A DNA stretch of 64,000 bases from an uncultured Gemmatimonadales bacterium (lineage in GTDB: Bacteria > Gemmatimonadota > Gemmatimonadetes > Palauibacterales > Palauibacteraceae): contig CAWANJ010000009.1 of assembly GCA_963783385.1 (NCBI GenBank), positions 736,001-800,000 of the forward strand, given 5' to 3'. How positions within the stretch are numbered: position 1 is the first letter of the stretch; each line of letters opens with the position of its first letter. A program made the translations under genes and the position numbers. Of this stretch, positions 30,449 through 40,519 are shown piece by piece. The notes under the pieces are model-generated. The model was given only the letters and a program-made list of their open reading frames with translations, was not told where the DNA came from and did not search any database.

Positions 30449-32515
30449 GTGCATCTCGCGGCGCTCCTCCTCACCCTGTCGGTCGCGGCTCCCGCGGCCC
30501 GCGACACGACCCCGCCCGACACGTCGGCCGCGTCCGACACCACTCCGCCCCGGTCCGCCCCGCCCCTCCGGGTGACCGTCACCCGCGCCCCGGAGACGCT
30601 CCGGGAGGTAGCCGGAGCCGTCACGGTGGTGGACGCCGCCGCCCGCCAGAGCGCCGGCCGGCGCGTGTCGCTCCGCGACGCCCTGGAGAGTTTGCCGGGG
30701 GTATTCGTGGCGGACCGCCACAACTTCTCCCTCGGCGACCGCATCGTGCTCCGGGGCGCAGGGGCGCGGGCGCAGTTCGGTGTGCGTGGCGTCCAGGTCC
30801 TGGCCGACGGCATCCCGCTCACCCTCCCGGACGGCCAGGCGGCGCTCGGCAACCTGGACCTCGGCTCGGCCGGACGGATCGAGGTGCTGCGCGGTCCGGC
30901 CTCGTCCCTGTACGGAAACGCGGCCGGGGGCGTCATCCAGGTCGAGTCCGGGCCCTTCCCCGAAGCACCGCTGTCCCCCTGGGCCCGGATCACGGCGGGT
31001 GCCTTCGGCTTCCGCCAGGAGGAGCTGGGAGGGGGTGGGCGCGACGGGTCCGTGGCATGGCTGTTCCACGGGACGCATCTGCTCACCGACGGCTTCCGCC
31101 GACACGCGGCCGCGGAGCTGTGGCGGGCCAACCTGGTGGCCCGCGGCGCGCTCGGGGGTGGCGGCGAGCTGCGCGCCGTCCTCGACCTGTTCCAGCTACC
31201 CCTGGCGCAGAACCCCGGAGCGCTGGACCACGCGGCCTCGATCTCCGACCCGCGCTCGGTCCGCCCGCTGCAGGTCGCGCAGGGGACGGGGGAGCGCTCC
31301 GGTCAGATCCAGGGCGGTCTCAGCCTCACGACGCCCTTCGCCTCGGGCTCCACGCTCCGGGCGTCCGCGTGGGTCCTGGGACGGAGCGTGTGGAACCCGA
31401 TTCCGGACCGCGTCATCCGGCTTGGACGGAGCGCGGGCGGCGTCCGGGGGCTGGTGTCGAGCCGGACCGGACCGCTCCAATGGACGGCGGGCCTGGATGC
31501 GGGCCTTCAGGTCGACGACCGGAGGGAATTCGTGAACCTCGGGATCGGAGCGGGGGATCGGGCCCGCGAGGGAGCGCGCCTCCAGGACCAGACGGAACGC
31601 GTCCTCCAGGTGGGTCCCTTCGTACGTCTCGAAGCGCGGCCGGCAGCCAGCGTGAATGTATCCGCGGGCCTTCGTGTGGACGGCTACCGGTTCTCCGTTC
31701 GTGACCGGATCCTGGCGGATGGCAACGACTCCGGCACCCGCTGGATGCGCCACCTGAGCCCCTCGGCCGGCCTCACCTGGAACCCCCTTCCCTGGCTCGG
31801 CGGCTGGGCGCGCCTCGGCACGTCGTTCGAGACCCCGACCACCAGCGAGCTCTCGAACCGCGCCGACGGCCGCGGCGGCTTCGATCCGAAGCTGGGGCCC
31901 GAGAGCACGGTCGAGGGCGAGGTCGGCGCGCGCGGACAGCTGCCGGGCGGGCACCTGGTCTGGGAGCTGACCGCCTTCGACGCCCGGGTCTCCAACGCCC
32001 TGGTGCCCTCCGAAGGCGCCGGGGGCGAGGTCTACTACCGGAACGCGGGGCGACTGTCGCGCCGGGGCCTCGAGCTGCGGCTGGTCGCGCATCCGTTACC
32101 GATCGCTCGGTTCGAGGCGGCCTATTCGCTCCAGGACCACCGCTACCTGGCGTTCGCCACACCCTCGGGCGACTTCGCCGGCGACCGCGAGCCCGGCGTT
32201 CCGGGCCAGCGAGCCTACCTGTCCGCGAGCGCGGACCTTCCGGCCGGGGTCCGGCTGGAGGCGCGCGGCACCTGGGTGGACGCGTACTTCGTCGACGACG
32301 CCAACGTCGCGCGCACGGACGCCTACCGGGTGGTGGAGCTCAGGGCCGAGGCGAACGAGATCCTAGGGAGATGGAGAGTCCACCCCTTCCTGGGAGTGGA
32401 CAACCTTTTCGACGAGCGCTACGCCGGCTCGGTCGTGCCGAACGGCTTCGGCGGCCGGTACTACGAGCCCGCGCCGGGCCGCTCCGTCTATCTGGGACTC
32501 GAGCTGGGGGGCTGA
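30449..32515 (+). CDS. TonB-dependent outer membrane receptor
   Basis: Signal peptide, plug motif IEVLRGPASSLYGNAAGGVI, C-terminal NLFDERY...PGRSVYLG. Confidence 0.9.
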   Translation: MHLAALLLTLSVAAPAARDTTPPDTSAASDTTPPRSAPPLRVTVTRAPETLREVAGAVTVVDAAARQSAGRRVSLRDALESLPGVFVADRHNFSLGDRIVLRGAGARAQFGVRGVQVLADGIPLTLPDGQAALGNLDLGSAGRIEVLRGPASSLYGNAAGGVIQVESGPFPEAPLSPWARITAGAFGFRQEELGGGGRDGSVAWLFHGTHLLTDGFRRHAAAELWRANLVARGALGGGGELRAVLDLFQLPLAQNPGALDHAASISDPRSVRPLQVAQGTGERSGQIQGGLSLTTPFASGSTLRASAWVLGRSVWNPIPDRVIRLGRSAGGVRGLVSSRTGPLQWTAGLDAGLQVDDRREFVNLGIGAGDRAREGARLQDQTERVLQVGPFVRLEARPAASVNVSAGLRVDGYRFSVRDRILADGNDSGTRWMRHLSPSAGLTWNPLPWLGGWARLGTSFETPTTSELSNRADGRGGFDPKLGPESTVEGEVGARGQLPGGHLVWELTAFDARVSNALVPSEGAGGEVYYRNAGRLSRRGLELRLVAHPLPIARFEAAYSLQDHRYLAFATPSGDFAGDREPGVPGQRAYLSASADLPAGVRLEARGTWVDAYFVDDANVARTDAYRVVELRAEANEILGRWRVHPFLGVDNLFDERYAGSVVPNGFGGRYYEPAPGRSVYLGLELGG

Positions 32516-33186
32516 TCGCCGCCCGGGGACTCCGCGGCGGCCGCGGGCCCCGAGGCCGCCGCCTCCGGCACGTCCACGCCCAGCCGGCGGAGGTCGCCCA
32601 GCAGGTGCTCCTCGGTCTGGGGCCCCAGGTAGCGGCGGCGGATGACGCCGTCGGCGTCCACGAGCAGCGTGGTCGGAAAGCCCATGGTCTGGTAGTACCG
32701 GACCGCGGTGCCCGTGTCGCCGAGCCAGATCGGATAGGTCATGCCGTGCGCCCGCGTCCAGGCTCGCACGCGCGCCGGCGTCCCCGAGTCAATGGCGAGC
32801 CCGACCACCGTGGCGCCGTGCCCCTCGATTCGCCGCTGCAGCGCCTCCAGCCCCGGGATCTCCCGCCGGCAGGGCGGGCACCAGGTCCCCCAGAAGTTCA
32901 GGACCACCACCCGGCCCCGGTAGTCGGCCAGGGACACCGTGTCCCCTCCCAGGGACCGGAAGGGCACGACCGGAGCGGGGATCTCCAGCCACGCGGACGA
33001 GGACGCCTCGCCGCGGCGGGCCGCGGGCGTGCGCGCCTCGGGCGGCAGCCCCGCCATGGCGCTGGTGTCGGCCGGCGCCGCGGACCCCGGGCCGTTGCGT
33101 GTCGTGAGCAGACCCCAGGCCACCGCCGCCCCGGCCAGCAGCACGACCGCCGTCCCGCCCAGCGCGGCGCGCGACGGGCGCCTCAC
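32488..33186 (-). CDS. TlpA-family disulfide reductase
   Basis: N-terminal TM, VVVLNFWGTWCPPCRREIP, GFPTT. Confidence 0.88.
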   Translation of the reverse strand: MRRPSRAALGGTAVVLLAGAAVAWGLLTTRNGPGSAAPADTSAMAGLPPEARTPAARRGEASSSAWLEIPAPVVPFRSLGGDTVSLADYRGRVVVLNFWGTWCPPCRREIPGLEALQRRIEGHGATVVGLAIDSGTPARVRAWTRAHGMTYPIWLGDTGTAVRYYQTMGFPTTLLVDADGVIRRRYLGPQTEEHLLGDLRRLGVDVPEAAASGPAAAAESPGGDQPPSSSPR

Positions 33187-34756
33187 GTCTCCTCCTCCTC
33201 GCCCCAGCCTCCGCCCCCGGGCGTCTCGAGCCGCACGCGGTCTCCGGTTTGCACGTCCAGGGACACCTTGCCCGGGAGCTCTTCCTCGCGGCCGTCCCGG
33301 ACCAGGAGGTTGCGGCCCGCCGCGCCGGGGCCGCCCCCGGCCAGCCCGTAGGGCCGCAGCCGGCGGCGTTCTGTCAGCAGGGTCAGGCGGGCGGGCGCCC
33401 CGAGCTCGACCTCTCGCACCACCCCCTCACCGCCCGGCCAGCGGCCGCGACCGCCCGAGCCGCGCCGGACCTCGTAGCGCGTCACCCGGAACGGGTAGGC
33501 GTACTCCAGAGCTTCCACGGGCGTGTTCAGCGTATTCGTCATGTGCGTGTGCAGCGCGCTCGCTCCCGGGACGGACGCTCCCGCTCCCGCCCCGCCGGCC
33601 ACCGTCTCGTAGTAGGTAAACGGGAGGCCCGTCGCGGGGTCCCGGCCGCCCAGCACCAGGTTGTTCATGGTGCCCTGGCTGGCCGCCGGGATCCGGTCCG
33701 GGCACGCCCCTGCCAGTGCGCCCAGCAGCACGTCCACGATGCGCTGGGAGGTCTCGACGTTGCCCCCCGCCACCGGCGCCGGACGGCGCGCGTCCACCAG
33801 GGAGCCAGGCCGGGTGACGAGCTCGATCGGGGCCAGGCAGCCGCTGTTCGACGGCAGGTCGAGCCCGACCAGCGAACGGAACACGTAGTAGACGGCCGAG
33901 AGCGTGATGGCGCGCACCGCGTTGATGCCCGCCTCGCGCTGGTCGTCGGTGCCGGTGAAGTCCACCCGCACGGCGTCCCCCCGACCGTGATGGCCACCTC
34001 GATCCCCGCCGCGCCGCCGCCCCGTCCATCGTCCTCCATCTCATCCCGGAAGCGATAGATCCCGTCGGGAATCGAGGAGAGCAGCCGGCGGGTGGTACGC
34101 TCGGCGTAGGCGAGGAGCGCCTCCATGGCCTCGCCCACCGCGTCCGCCCCGTAGCGGTCGGCCAGGCCTCCCAGACGGTCGGCGCCGCGCTGCACGGCCG
34201 CCAGCTGCGCGTCCAGGTCCCCGGCGCGCTCCTCGGGCGTGCGCACGTTGGCCAGGATCAGGTCCCGGATCCCGGACAGGATCTTTCCGCCCGCCACCAG
34301 CCGGATCGGCGGGATCACGAGACCCTCCTGGTAGAGCTCCGTGGCCAGCGGCATCGAGCCCGGCGTCATCCCCCCCACGTCTGCGTGGTGCGCTCGGGCC
34401 GCGACGAAGCCGATCCGGGCTCCGCCGGGTCCGGTGAACACGGGGGCGACCAGGGTGATGTCCGGCAGGTGCGTGCCGCCCCGGAACGGGTCGTTGAGGA
34501 TGGCCACGTCCCCCGGTCCCAGCTCCAGCTCCTCGAGGCACGCCCGCACCGACAGGGGCATGGAGCCCAGGTGGACAGGGATGTGCTCCGCCTGAGCCAC
34601 CATGTCTCCCGCAGCACTGAAGATCGCGCAGGAGAAATCCTTGCGCTCCTTGATGTTGGGAGAGTACGACGAGCGCCTGAGCACGCCGCCCATCTCCTCC
34701 GCCACCGAGGCGAACAGGTGCTTGAAGATCTCGAGACGGACCGGGTCCACGCTCAC
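33183..34756 (-). CDS. Hydantoinase B / 5-oxoprolinase subunit (apparent frameshift ~33980)
   Basis: SPNIKERKDFSCA, HIPVHLGSM, NDPFRGGTHLPD; then GGNVETSQRI, YYETVAGG, HMTNTLNTPVE, TPGGGG. Confidence 0.9.
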
Positions 34757-36849
34757 CTCTCGCCCTCCGTGCCAGTCACCTCCAAGACGATGTCCAGCCG
34801 AGCCGTCACCCTCGCCCCGTCTCCCCGGGCGAGGAACAGGGTGGTGTCGTCGCGGACGATCACGGCGGGACCCGTCAGCCAATGCCCGGGCCGGAGCGCC
34901 GACGCCCGGTAGAAGGGCACGGGCTCGACCCGGGCGCCGGCGGCGGCGACCAGGACGACCGGCCGCTCCCCGTCCAGCGCCGCGCCCGGATCGGGACCCG
35001 CCTGCTCCGCTTCCGGGAGCTCCGGCGGGCGCACCGGGAGGACGGCCCGCAGCCTGAGACCCACGATCTCGGTGGCCGCGCCGGCGTCCGCGTGCCCGTA
35101 CGCGTCGCGGTGCGCGGCGTGGAACGCGCCGGGAGGATCGTCGTCCAGCGGCACGTCGAGCTCCCAGGACTGGCCCCGATACCGCATCGCCAGGCTTGGC
35201 TCCAGACGCAGCCCGGAGGCGGGGCCCTCGCCCTCCATCTCCTCGCGCGCCCGGCGCTCGAGGGGAGCGAAGCCTTCCCGGAGTCGGTCGGCGCCCGTCG
35301 TGCCCGGGAGCATGACCGTGAGGCCGTAGTCCCGGGTGACGTCGGCGGCGAGCATGCCGTGCGCGGACAGCACGGAGGCCGTCCGGGGCACCAGGACGCG
35401 GCCGATCCCCAGCGCCCGGGCGAGAGCCGACGCGTGCAGCCCCCCCGCACCGCCGAAGGCGACGAGCGTGAAGTCGGCGGGATCGTGGCCGCGCTGCACC
35501 GAGATGACGCGGAGCGCCCGCTCCATGTGCGCGTTCGCCACGCGGACCACGCCCAGTGCCGCGGCCTGCTCGGGCGACAGGCCCGGGGGTGGCTCGAGGC
35601 CCGCCTGCTCCGCCAGCTCGCGGAGCGCGGCGCGGGCCGCCTCCTCGTCCAGCCGCATGGTCCCCCCCAGGAAGCCTTCCGGATCCATGCGCCCCAGGAC
35701 CAGGTTGGCGTCGGTGACCGTGGGCCGGTCGCCGCCCCGACCGTAGCACGCCGGTCCCGGGTCGGCCCCCGCGCTCTCGGGTCCCACGCGCAGCGCGCCC
35801 CCCACGTCCACGCGCGCGACCGACCCACCGCCCGAGCCGACCGAGTGGAGGTCCACCACCGCGACCCCGATCGGGAGACCGTCGATCGTCCCCTCCCGGG
35901 TCACGCGTGGACGTCCCTCGGCCAGGCAGACGTCGGTCGACGTCCCGCCCATGTCGAACCCAATGATCCGGTCCCAGCCGCAGGCCCCGGCGGCGTGCAG
36001 GGCGCCGACCACGCCGCCGGCGGGCCCCGAGAGCACGGCCCGCACGCCCTCGCGCCCGGCCGCTTCCAGCCCCACGCTCCCGCCGTTCGACTGCATCACC
36101 CGCCAGGCCGCTCGCGGCCCTTCCCGGGCCAGGCGTCCCAGGTAGCGGCCCAGCACCGGGGAGACGTAGGCGTTGATCGCGGTGGCGCTGGCGCGCTCGT
36201 ATTCCCGGAACTCCGGCAGCACATCGCACGACAGCGACACGGCGAGGCCCTCCTGCCGCAGCCGCTCGCCCAGGCGGCGCTCGTGCTCGGGGCGCAGGAA
36301 GGAGAACAGCAGGCACACCGCCACCGACTCGGCGCCCAATGCGTGGACCTCGGCCACCACCCGGTCGACCTCCGCATCCTCCAGCGGCCGGAGCACGCGC
36401 CCCCGGTGATCGACCCGCTCCTCCACCTCGAACGCCAGATCGGCCGGAACCAGAGGCCGCGGCTTGCGGGGCGTGAGATCGTAGAGCTCCGGGCGGGCCT
36501 GCCGCCCGATGGCCAGGAGGTCCCGGAAGCCGGCGGTGGCCACGAGCGCCGTCCGGGCCCCCTTGCGCTCGAGCACGGCGTTGGTGGCCACCGTGGACCC
36601 GTGCACGATCGACGGAAAGGGTCTGGCCTCGCTCGCCCCGGCCAGCACACGCCCCAGGCCCGCGAGCACCGCCCTGGCCGGGTCGTCCGGCGTGGACAGC
36701 ACCTTGAAGGTACGGAGGCCCGCGGCGCCGGGGACCGAGACCACGAAGTCCGTGAAAGTGCCGCCAATGTCGACGGCGACCCGCGTCGCGGGCGCCTCGG
36801 GGCGTCCTGCCTCCCGCGGCGCCGCCCCCTCCCCCGGCCGTCGCTTCAC
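34753..36849 (-). CDS. Hydantoinase A / 5-oxoprolinase subunit
   Basis: VDIGGTFTD, HGSTVATN, SGPAGG, DMGGTSTDV, SAGADPGPACY, AFGGAG. Confidence 0.92.
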   Translation of the reverse strand: MKRRPGEGAAPREAGRPEAPATRVAVDIGGTFTDFVVSVPGAAGLRTFKVLSTPDDPARAVLAGLGRVLAGASEARPFPSIVHGSTVATNAVLERKGARTALVATAGFRDLLAIGRQARPELYDLTPRKPRPLVPADLAFEVEERVDHRGRVLRPLEDAEVDRVVAEVHALGAESVAVCLLFSFLRPEHERRLGERLRQEGLAVSLSCDVLPEFREYERASATAINAYVSPVLGRYLGRLAREGPRAAWRVMQSNGGSVGLEAAGREGVRAVLSGPAGGVVGALHAAGACGWDRIIGFDMGGTSTDVCLAEGRPRVTREGTIDGLPIGVAVVDLHSVGSGGGSVARVDVGGALRVGPESAGADPGPACYGRGGDRPTVTDANLVLGRMDPEGFLGGTMRLDEEAARAALRELAEQAGLEPPPGLSPEQAAALGVVRVANAHMERALRVISVQRGHDPADFTLVAFGGAGGLHASALARALGIGRVLVPRTASVLSAHGMLAADVTRDYGLTVMLPGTTGADRLREGFAPLERRAREEMEGEGPASGLRLEPSLAMRYRGQSWELDVPLDDDPPGAFHAAHRDAYGHADAGAATEIVGLRLRAVLPVRPPELPEAEQAGPDPGAALDGERPVVLVAAAGARVEPVPFYRASALRPGHWLTGPAVIVRDDTTLFLARGDGARVTARLDIVLEVTGTEGER

Positions 36850-36862
36850 GCTCCCGCTCCCC

Positions 36863-38104
36863 CTACAACGCCGACAGGAGGGCGCGCAGTCCCAGGAGCG
36901 CCGCCACGCCGACCACGAGCCCGCCCGCCAGGTTGAGCCACGGTCCGTTTCGCCACCGTCCCATGCGCTTCCCGTCGTTGACGACGAGCAGGAGGAAGAG
37001 GGCCACCCCGGGCAGCAGGATCCCGTTGGCCACCTGCGCAAACAGGATGGCGGGAACCGGACGCACTCCGACTGCGGTGCACAGGGCGCCGGCCAGCAGC
37101 ACCGCCCCCCACACCATGCGGAAGCGGGGCGAGCGCAGGTCGGCCTTCCAGCCCAGGACGCCGCAGGCGGCCCACGCCGCCGCGAGGGGCGCCGTGATGG
37201 CCGAGGTGAGGCCGGCCGCCAGCAGCCCCGCGCCGAAGAAGGCTCGCGCCCACCCGCCCAGCAGCGGCTGGAGCTGGCGCGCCATGTCGGCGGCGTTCCG
37301 CACCTCGCCTCCCCCGGCCCCGGCCGCGGTGACTACGACGGCCATGCTCACCAGCCCCCCGAGGATGATCGCCACGGCCGAGTCGCGCCGGGCGGCCGGG
37401 AGGTCGGCCGCGCCGGACCAGCGCTGGCGCACCGCCGAGGCGTGCAGGAAGAGGTTGTAGGGGACGACCGTGGTGCCCACGAGCCCCACGGCCAGGAGCA
37501 GCGAGGCATTCGGCAGCGAGGGGACCACGAGCCCGCGCAGCAGCTCGGGAAGCGCGGGGAGGAACAGCGCCGCGGTGGCGAAGAACACCAGCCCCATGAC
37601 CGCCACCAGCACCGTGAGCCAGCGCTCCATGGCCCGGTAGCGCCCGGCCCACAGCAGAGCGCCGGCCGCGGCGGCGAGCCCCAGGCCCCAGGCACGCGCC
37701 GAGCCGCCGCCGAGCGCCTGCGCGCCCAGTGCGCCTCCCAGGAGGTTGCCCGTCTCGTAGGCGGCGTTGCCGATCACGATGGCCGAGAGGACGAGGCCGG
37801 CCGCCAGAACTCGCCCCGCGCCCGCGGCGAAGCGGGCGCGGACGGCCTCACCGAGTCCCTGCCCGGTGACGAGGCCCAGACGGGCCGCCATCTCCTGAAG
37901 GGCCAGCGTGGCCAGCACGGAGAACCCGAGCGCCCACAGGAGGCTCACCCCGGTACGCACCCCGGCGAGCGTGGCCGTGGTGACCGTGCCCGGCCCCAGG
38001 AAGGCGGCGGCGACCATGGCGCCCGGACCGCCACGCGAGCGGCGGCCGGAGGCGCGCCCGTCGCGCTCCGGTCCGGTAGGGCCTGCGATCGCCTCTCCCG
38101 GCAT
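36863..38104 (-). CDS. NRAMP-like transporter
   Basis: GPGAMVAAAFLGPGTVTT, QEMAARLG, GTTVVPYNLFLH; ~11 TMs. Confidence 0.85.
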   Translation of the reverse strand: MPGEAIAGPTGPERDGRASGRRSRGGPGAMVAAAFLGPGTVTTATLAGVRTGVSLLWALGFSVLATLALQEMAARLGLVTGQGLGEAVRARFAAGAGRVLAAGLVLSAIVIGNAAYETGNLLGGALGAQALGGGSARAWGLGLAAAAGALLWAGRYRAMERWLTVLVAVMGLVFFATAALFLPALPELLRGLVVPSLPNASLLLAVGLVGTTVVPYNLFLHASAVRQRWSGAADLPAARRDSAVAIILGGLVSMAVVVTAAGAGGGEVRNAADMARQLQPLLGGWARAFFGAGLLAAGLTSAITAPLAAAWAACGVLGWKADLRSPRFRMVWGAVLLAGALCTAVGVRPVPAILFAQVANGILLPGVALFLLLVVNDGKRMGRWRNGPWLNLAGGLVVGVAALLGLRALLSAL

Positions 38105-38338
38105 GCCGACCCCTCTCTCCGGCGGACCGACGACTTCCCTCCCCGGCCCCGCGCCCGCGCCGCCGGAAGCGGGCCGGGGTGGGCTTCACGACCCCGAAGA
38201 TGCCCGCGTCGCGAGGGATCCGCCACCGGCGGATCCCGGGCTCCCGCCCGGGACGGGGACCCGGCCGCCGCCGGGTCTTCGTGCATCGGCGGCTTGCCCC
38301 GGCCCGGGCTCCACCGTATCTCTCGTGCCGAAGACAGG

Positions 38339-38512
38339 CGGATGGAGTCTACCGGAAGCCGGTGTGAATCCGGCACGGCCCCGCCACTGTGAGAGGCCCG
38401 ACGCTCCCCCCGGGGGACGCGGAACGGCGCGCTCGACGAGCCACTGGGAGCTTCGAGAGGCTACCGGGAAGGCGAGCGCGACCGCCTCGAGTCAGGAGAC
38501 CGACTCCATCCG
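38339..38512 (+). ncRNA. Cobalamin riboswitch
   Basis: GGAAGCCGGTGTGAATCCGGCACGGCCCCGCCACTGT, GCCACTGG...CCGGGAAGGC, AGTCAGGAGACC; closing stem CGGATGGAGTC/GACTCCATCCG; directly upstream of btu genes. Confidence 0.93.
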
Positions 38513-38596
38513 TGCCCGAGGACTGCCCTTCGCGGGAAGGGTCGGGCGTGGCGCGTCGCGCTGCACCTCCCCCTCCCCGCCGGGCGCGACGCCTCC

Positions 38597-39671
38597 GTGG
38601 GGAGGACCTCCGATTCGAGACACGACGTCAGCACGGCCGCGGCGCGAGGACACCCCACGGGGCGTCGCCGCGGGTCTCCGTCTCCTGGCCCTGTTCCTGG
38701 CGCTCCTGGCGTGCGTGGCCCTGGCCACGGCGATCGGAGCGGCCCCGCTCTCCCCGGATCGCGTGCTGGCCGCGCTGACCGGGGGCGGCGACGCCACGAC
38801 CCGCGGGATCGTGCTCGACCTCCGACTGCCGCGGGCCATCCAGGCCAGCCTCGTCGGGGGCGGCCTGGCCGTGGCCGGCGCCTCGTTCCAGGCCCTGCTG
38901 CGGAACCCGCTCGCCGAGCCCTACGTCCTCGGCGTGTCGGGGGGAGCCGCTCTCGGGGCCGTGGCCGCCCTCTCCCTGGGCTTCGCCGCCGCCGGCCCGT
39001 GGTCCCTGCCCCTGGCGGCGTTCGCGGGTGCCCTGCTCGCCGTCGGGGTCGTGCTCGTGGTGGCGGCGCGCACGAGACCCGCCCTGGACACGCGTGTGCT
39101 CCTCCTGGCCGGCGTGGTGGCCGGCGCCTTCTTCAACGCGCTCATCATGCTGTTCCTGAGCCTGGGCCGAACCGAGACCTTCCGCTCGGCGATCTTCTGG
39201 ATGATGGGGAGCCTGTCCGGGGCCGGCTGGGCCGACACCGGCCTGCTGGCGCTGTACGTGCTACCCGCCTGCGCCCTGCTGATGGCGCTGGCCCGCCCCC
39301 TCAACCTGCTGGCCGTGGGCGAGGAGACCGCCCTCTACCTGGGCACGCGGGTCGAGTGGACCAAGCGCGCCGTGTACCTGTCGACCTCCCTCCTGGTGGC
39401 GGCCACCGTCGCGGTCGCCGGTGCCATCGGATTCGTGGGGCTGATCGTACCCCACGCCATCCGTCTGGCCTGGGGGAGCGACCACCGCTTCGTGCTGCCG
39501 GCCTCGCTCCTGGCCGGAGGCGCGTTCCTGGTGCTCGCCGACGCGGCGGCTCGCACCGCGCTCGCCCCCAACGAGCTCCCGGTCGGCGTGGTCACGGCCA
39601 TCGTCGGAGTCCCGCTGTTCGTGGTCCTGCTGGTGCGCGACTCCGGCGGCGGCTCGGAGCGGATCGAGTGA
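38597..39671 (+). CDS. btuC: Cobalamin ABC permease (FecCD/BtuC); start uncertain, possible frameshift ~38672
   Basis: LRLPRAI, LLRNPLAEPYVLGVSGGA, GAIGFVGLIVPH, ELPVGVVTA. Confidence 0.85.
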
Positions 39672-40519
39672 GCGGGGACGCGGTGTTCGAGGTGGAGGGC
39701 CTCGGCTTCCGCTACGGCGGCGCGAGACGCGAGGCCGTCTCGGGAGTCGGCTTCCGGGTGCATCCGGGCGAGCTGTTCGGGATCCTGGGGCCCAACGGGT
39801 CCGGCAAGTCGACCCTCCTCCGCCTGCTTCTCGGGATCCTGCCTTCCCGCTCGGGCGCCGTCCGGGTCCTCGGTCGGCCGCTGGCCTCGTGGAGCCGGCG
39901 GGAGCTGGCTCGCCGCGTGGGCGTCGTGCCCCAGCACGAGGAGGTGGCCTTCCCGCTCAGCGTGCGGGAGTTGGTCGCCATGGGGCGCTACCCCCATCTG
40001 GGTCCGTGGCGGTCCGAGACCTCCGAAGACAGGGAAGCGATCCGCCGCGCGCTGGGGCGCTGCGACCTGGAGGATGTCGCGGGGCGCCCCCTCTCCACCC
40101 TGTCGGGAGGGGAGCTCCAGCTGGCCCGGCTGGCCCGGGCCCTGGCCCAGGTGCCCGAGCTCCTGGTGCTCGACGAGCCCACCGCTTCGCTGGACCTCCG
40201 CCACGGGATGGAGATCTTCGGTCTGCTGCGCGATCTGGCGGGGCCGGACGGCACCACCGTGGTGCTCGTCACCCACGACCTCAACGCCGCGTCGCGCTTT
40301 GCCGACCGGCTGCTCCTGCTGGAGCGCGGCCGGCCGGCCGCCTGTGGGACGCCGCGTGAGGTGCTGGTCCGGGAGACGGTGGAGCGGGTGTACGGCTGGC
40401 CCGTCCGGGTGACACGGCACCCGGGACCCGGTCCGGACGAGGGCGCTCCCCAGGTCGTCCCTTTGGCTCCAGCCGCCGTGCACGCGGCCCACCCCTCACC
40501 TCGAGGCAGGCACGCATGA
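39668..40519 (+). CDS. btuD: Cobalamin ABC ATPase
   Basis: GPNGSGKST, MGRYPH, LSGGE, LDEPTASLD. Confidence 0.85.
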   Translation: MSGDAVFEVEGLGFRYGGARREAVSGVGFRVHPGELFGILGPNGSGKSTLLRLLLGILPSRSGAVRVLGRPLASWSRRELARRVGVVPQHEEVAFPLSVRELVAMGRYPHLGPWRSETSEDREAIRRALGRCDLEDVAGRPLSTLSGGELQLARLARALAQVPELLVLDEPTASLDLRHGMEIFGLLRDLAGPDGTTVVLVTHDLNAASRFADRLLLLERGRPAACGTPREVLVRETVERVYGWPVRVTRHPGPGPDEGAPQVVPLAPAAVHAAHPSPRGRHA

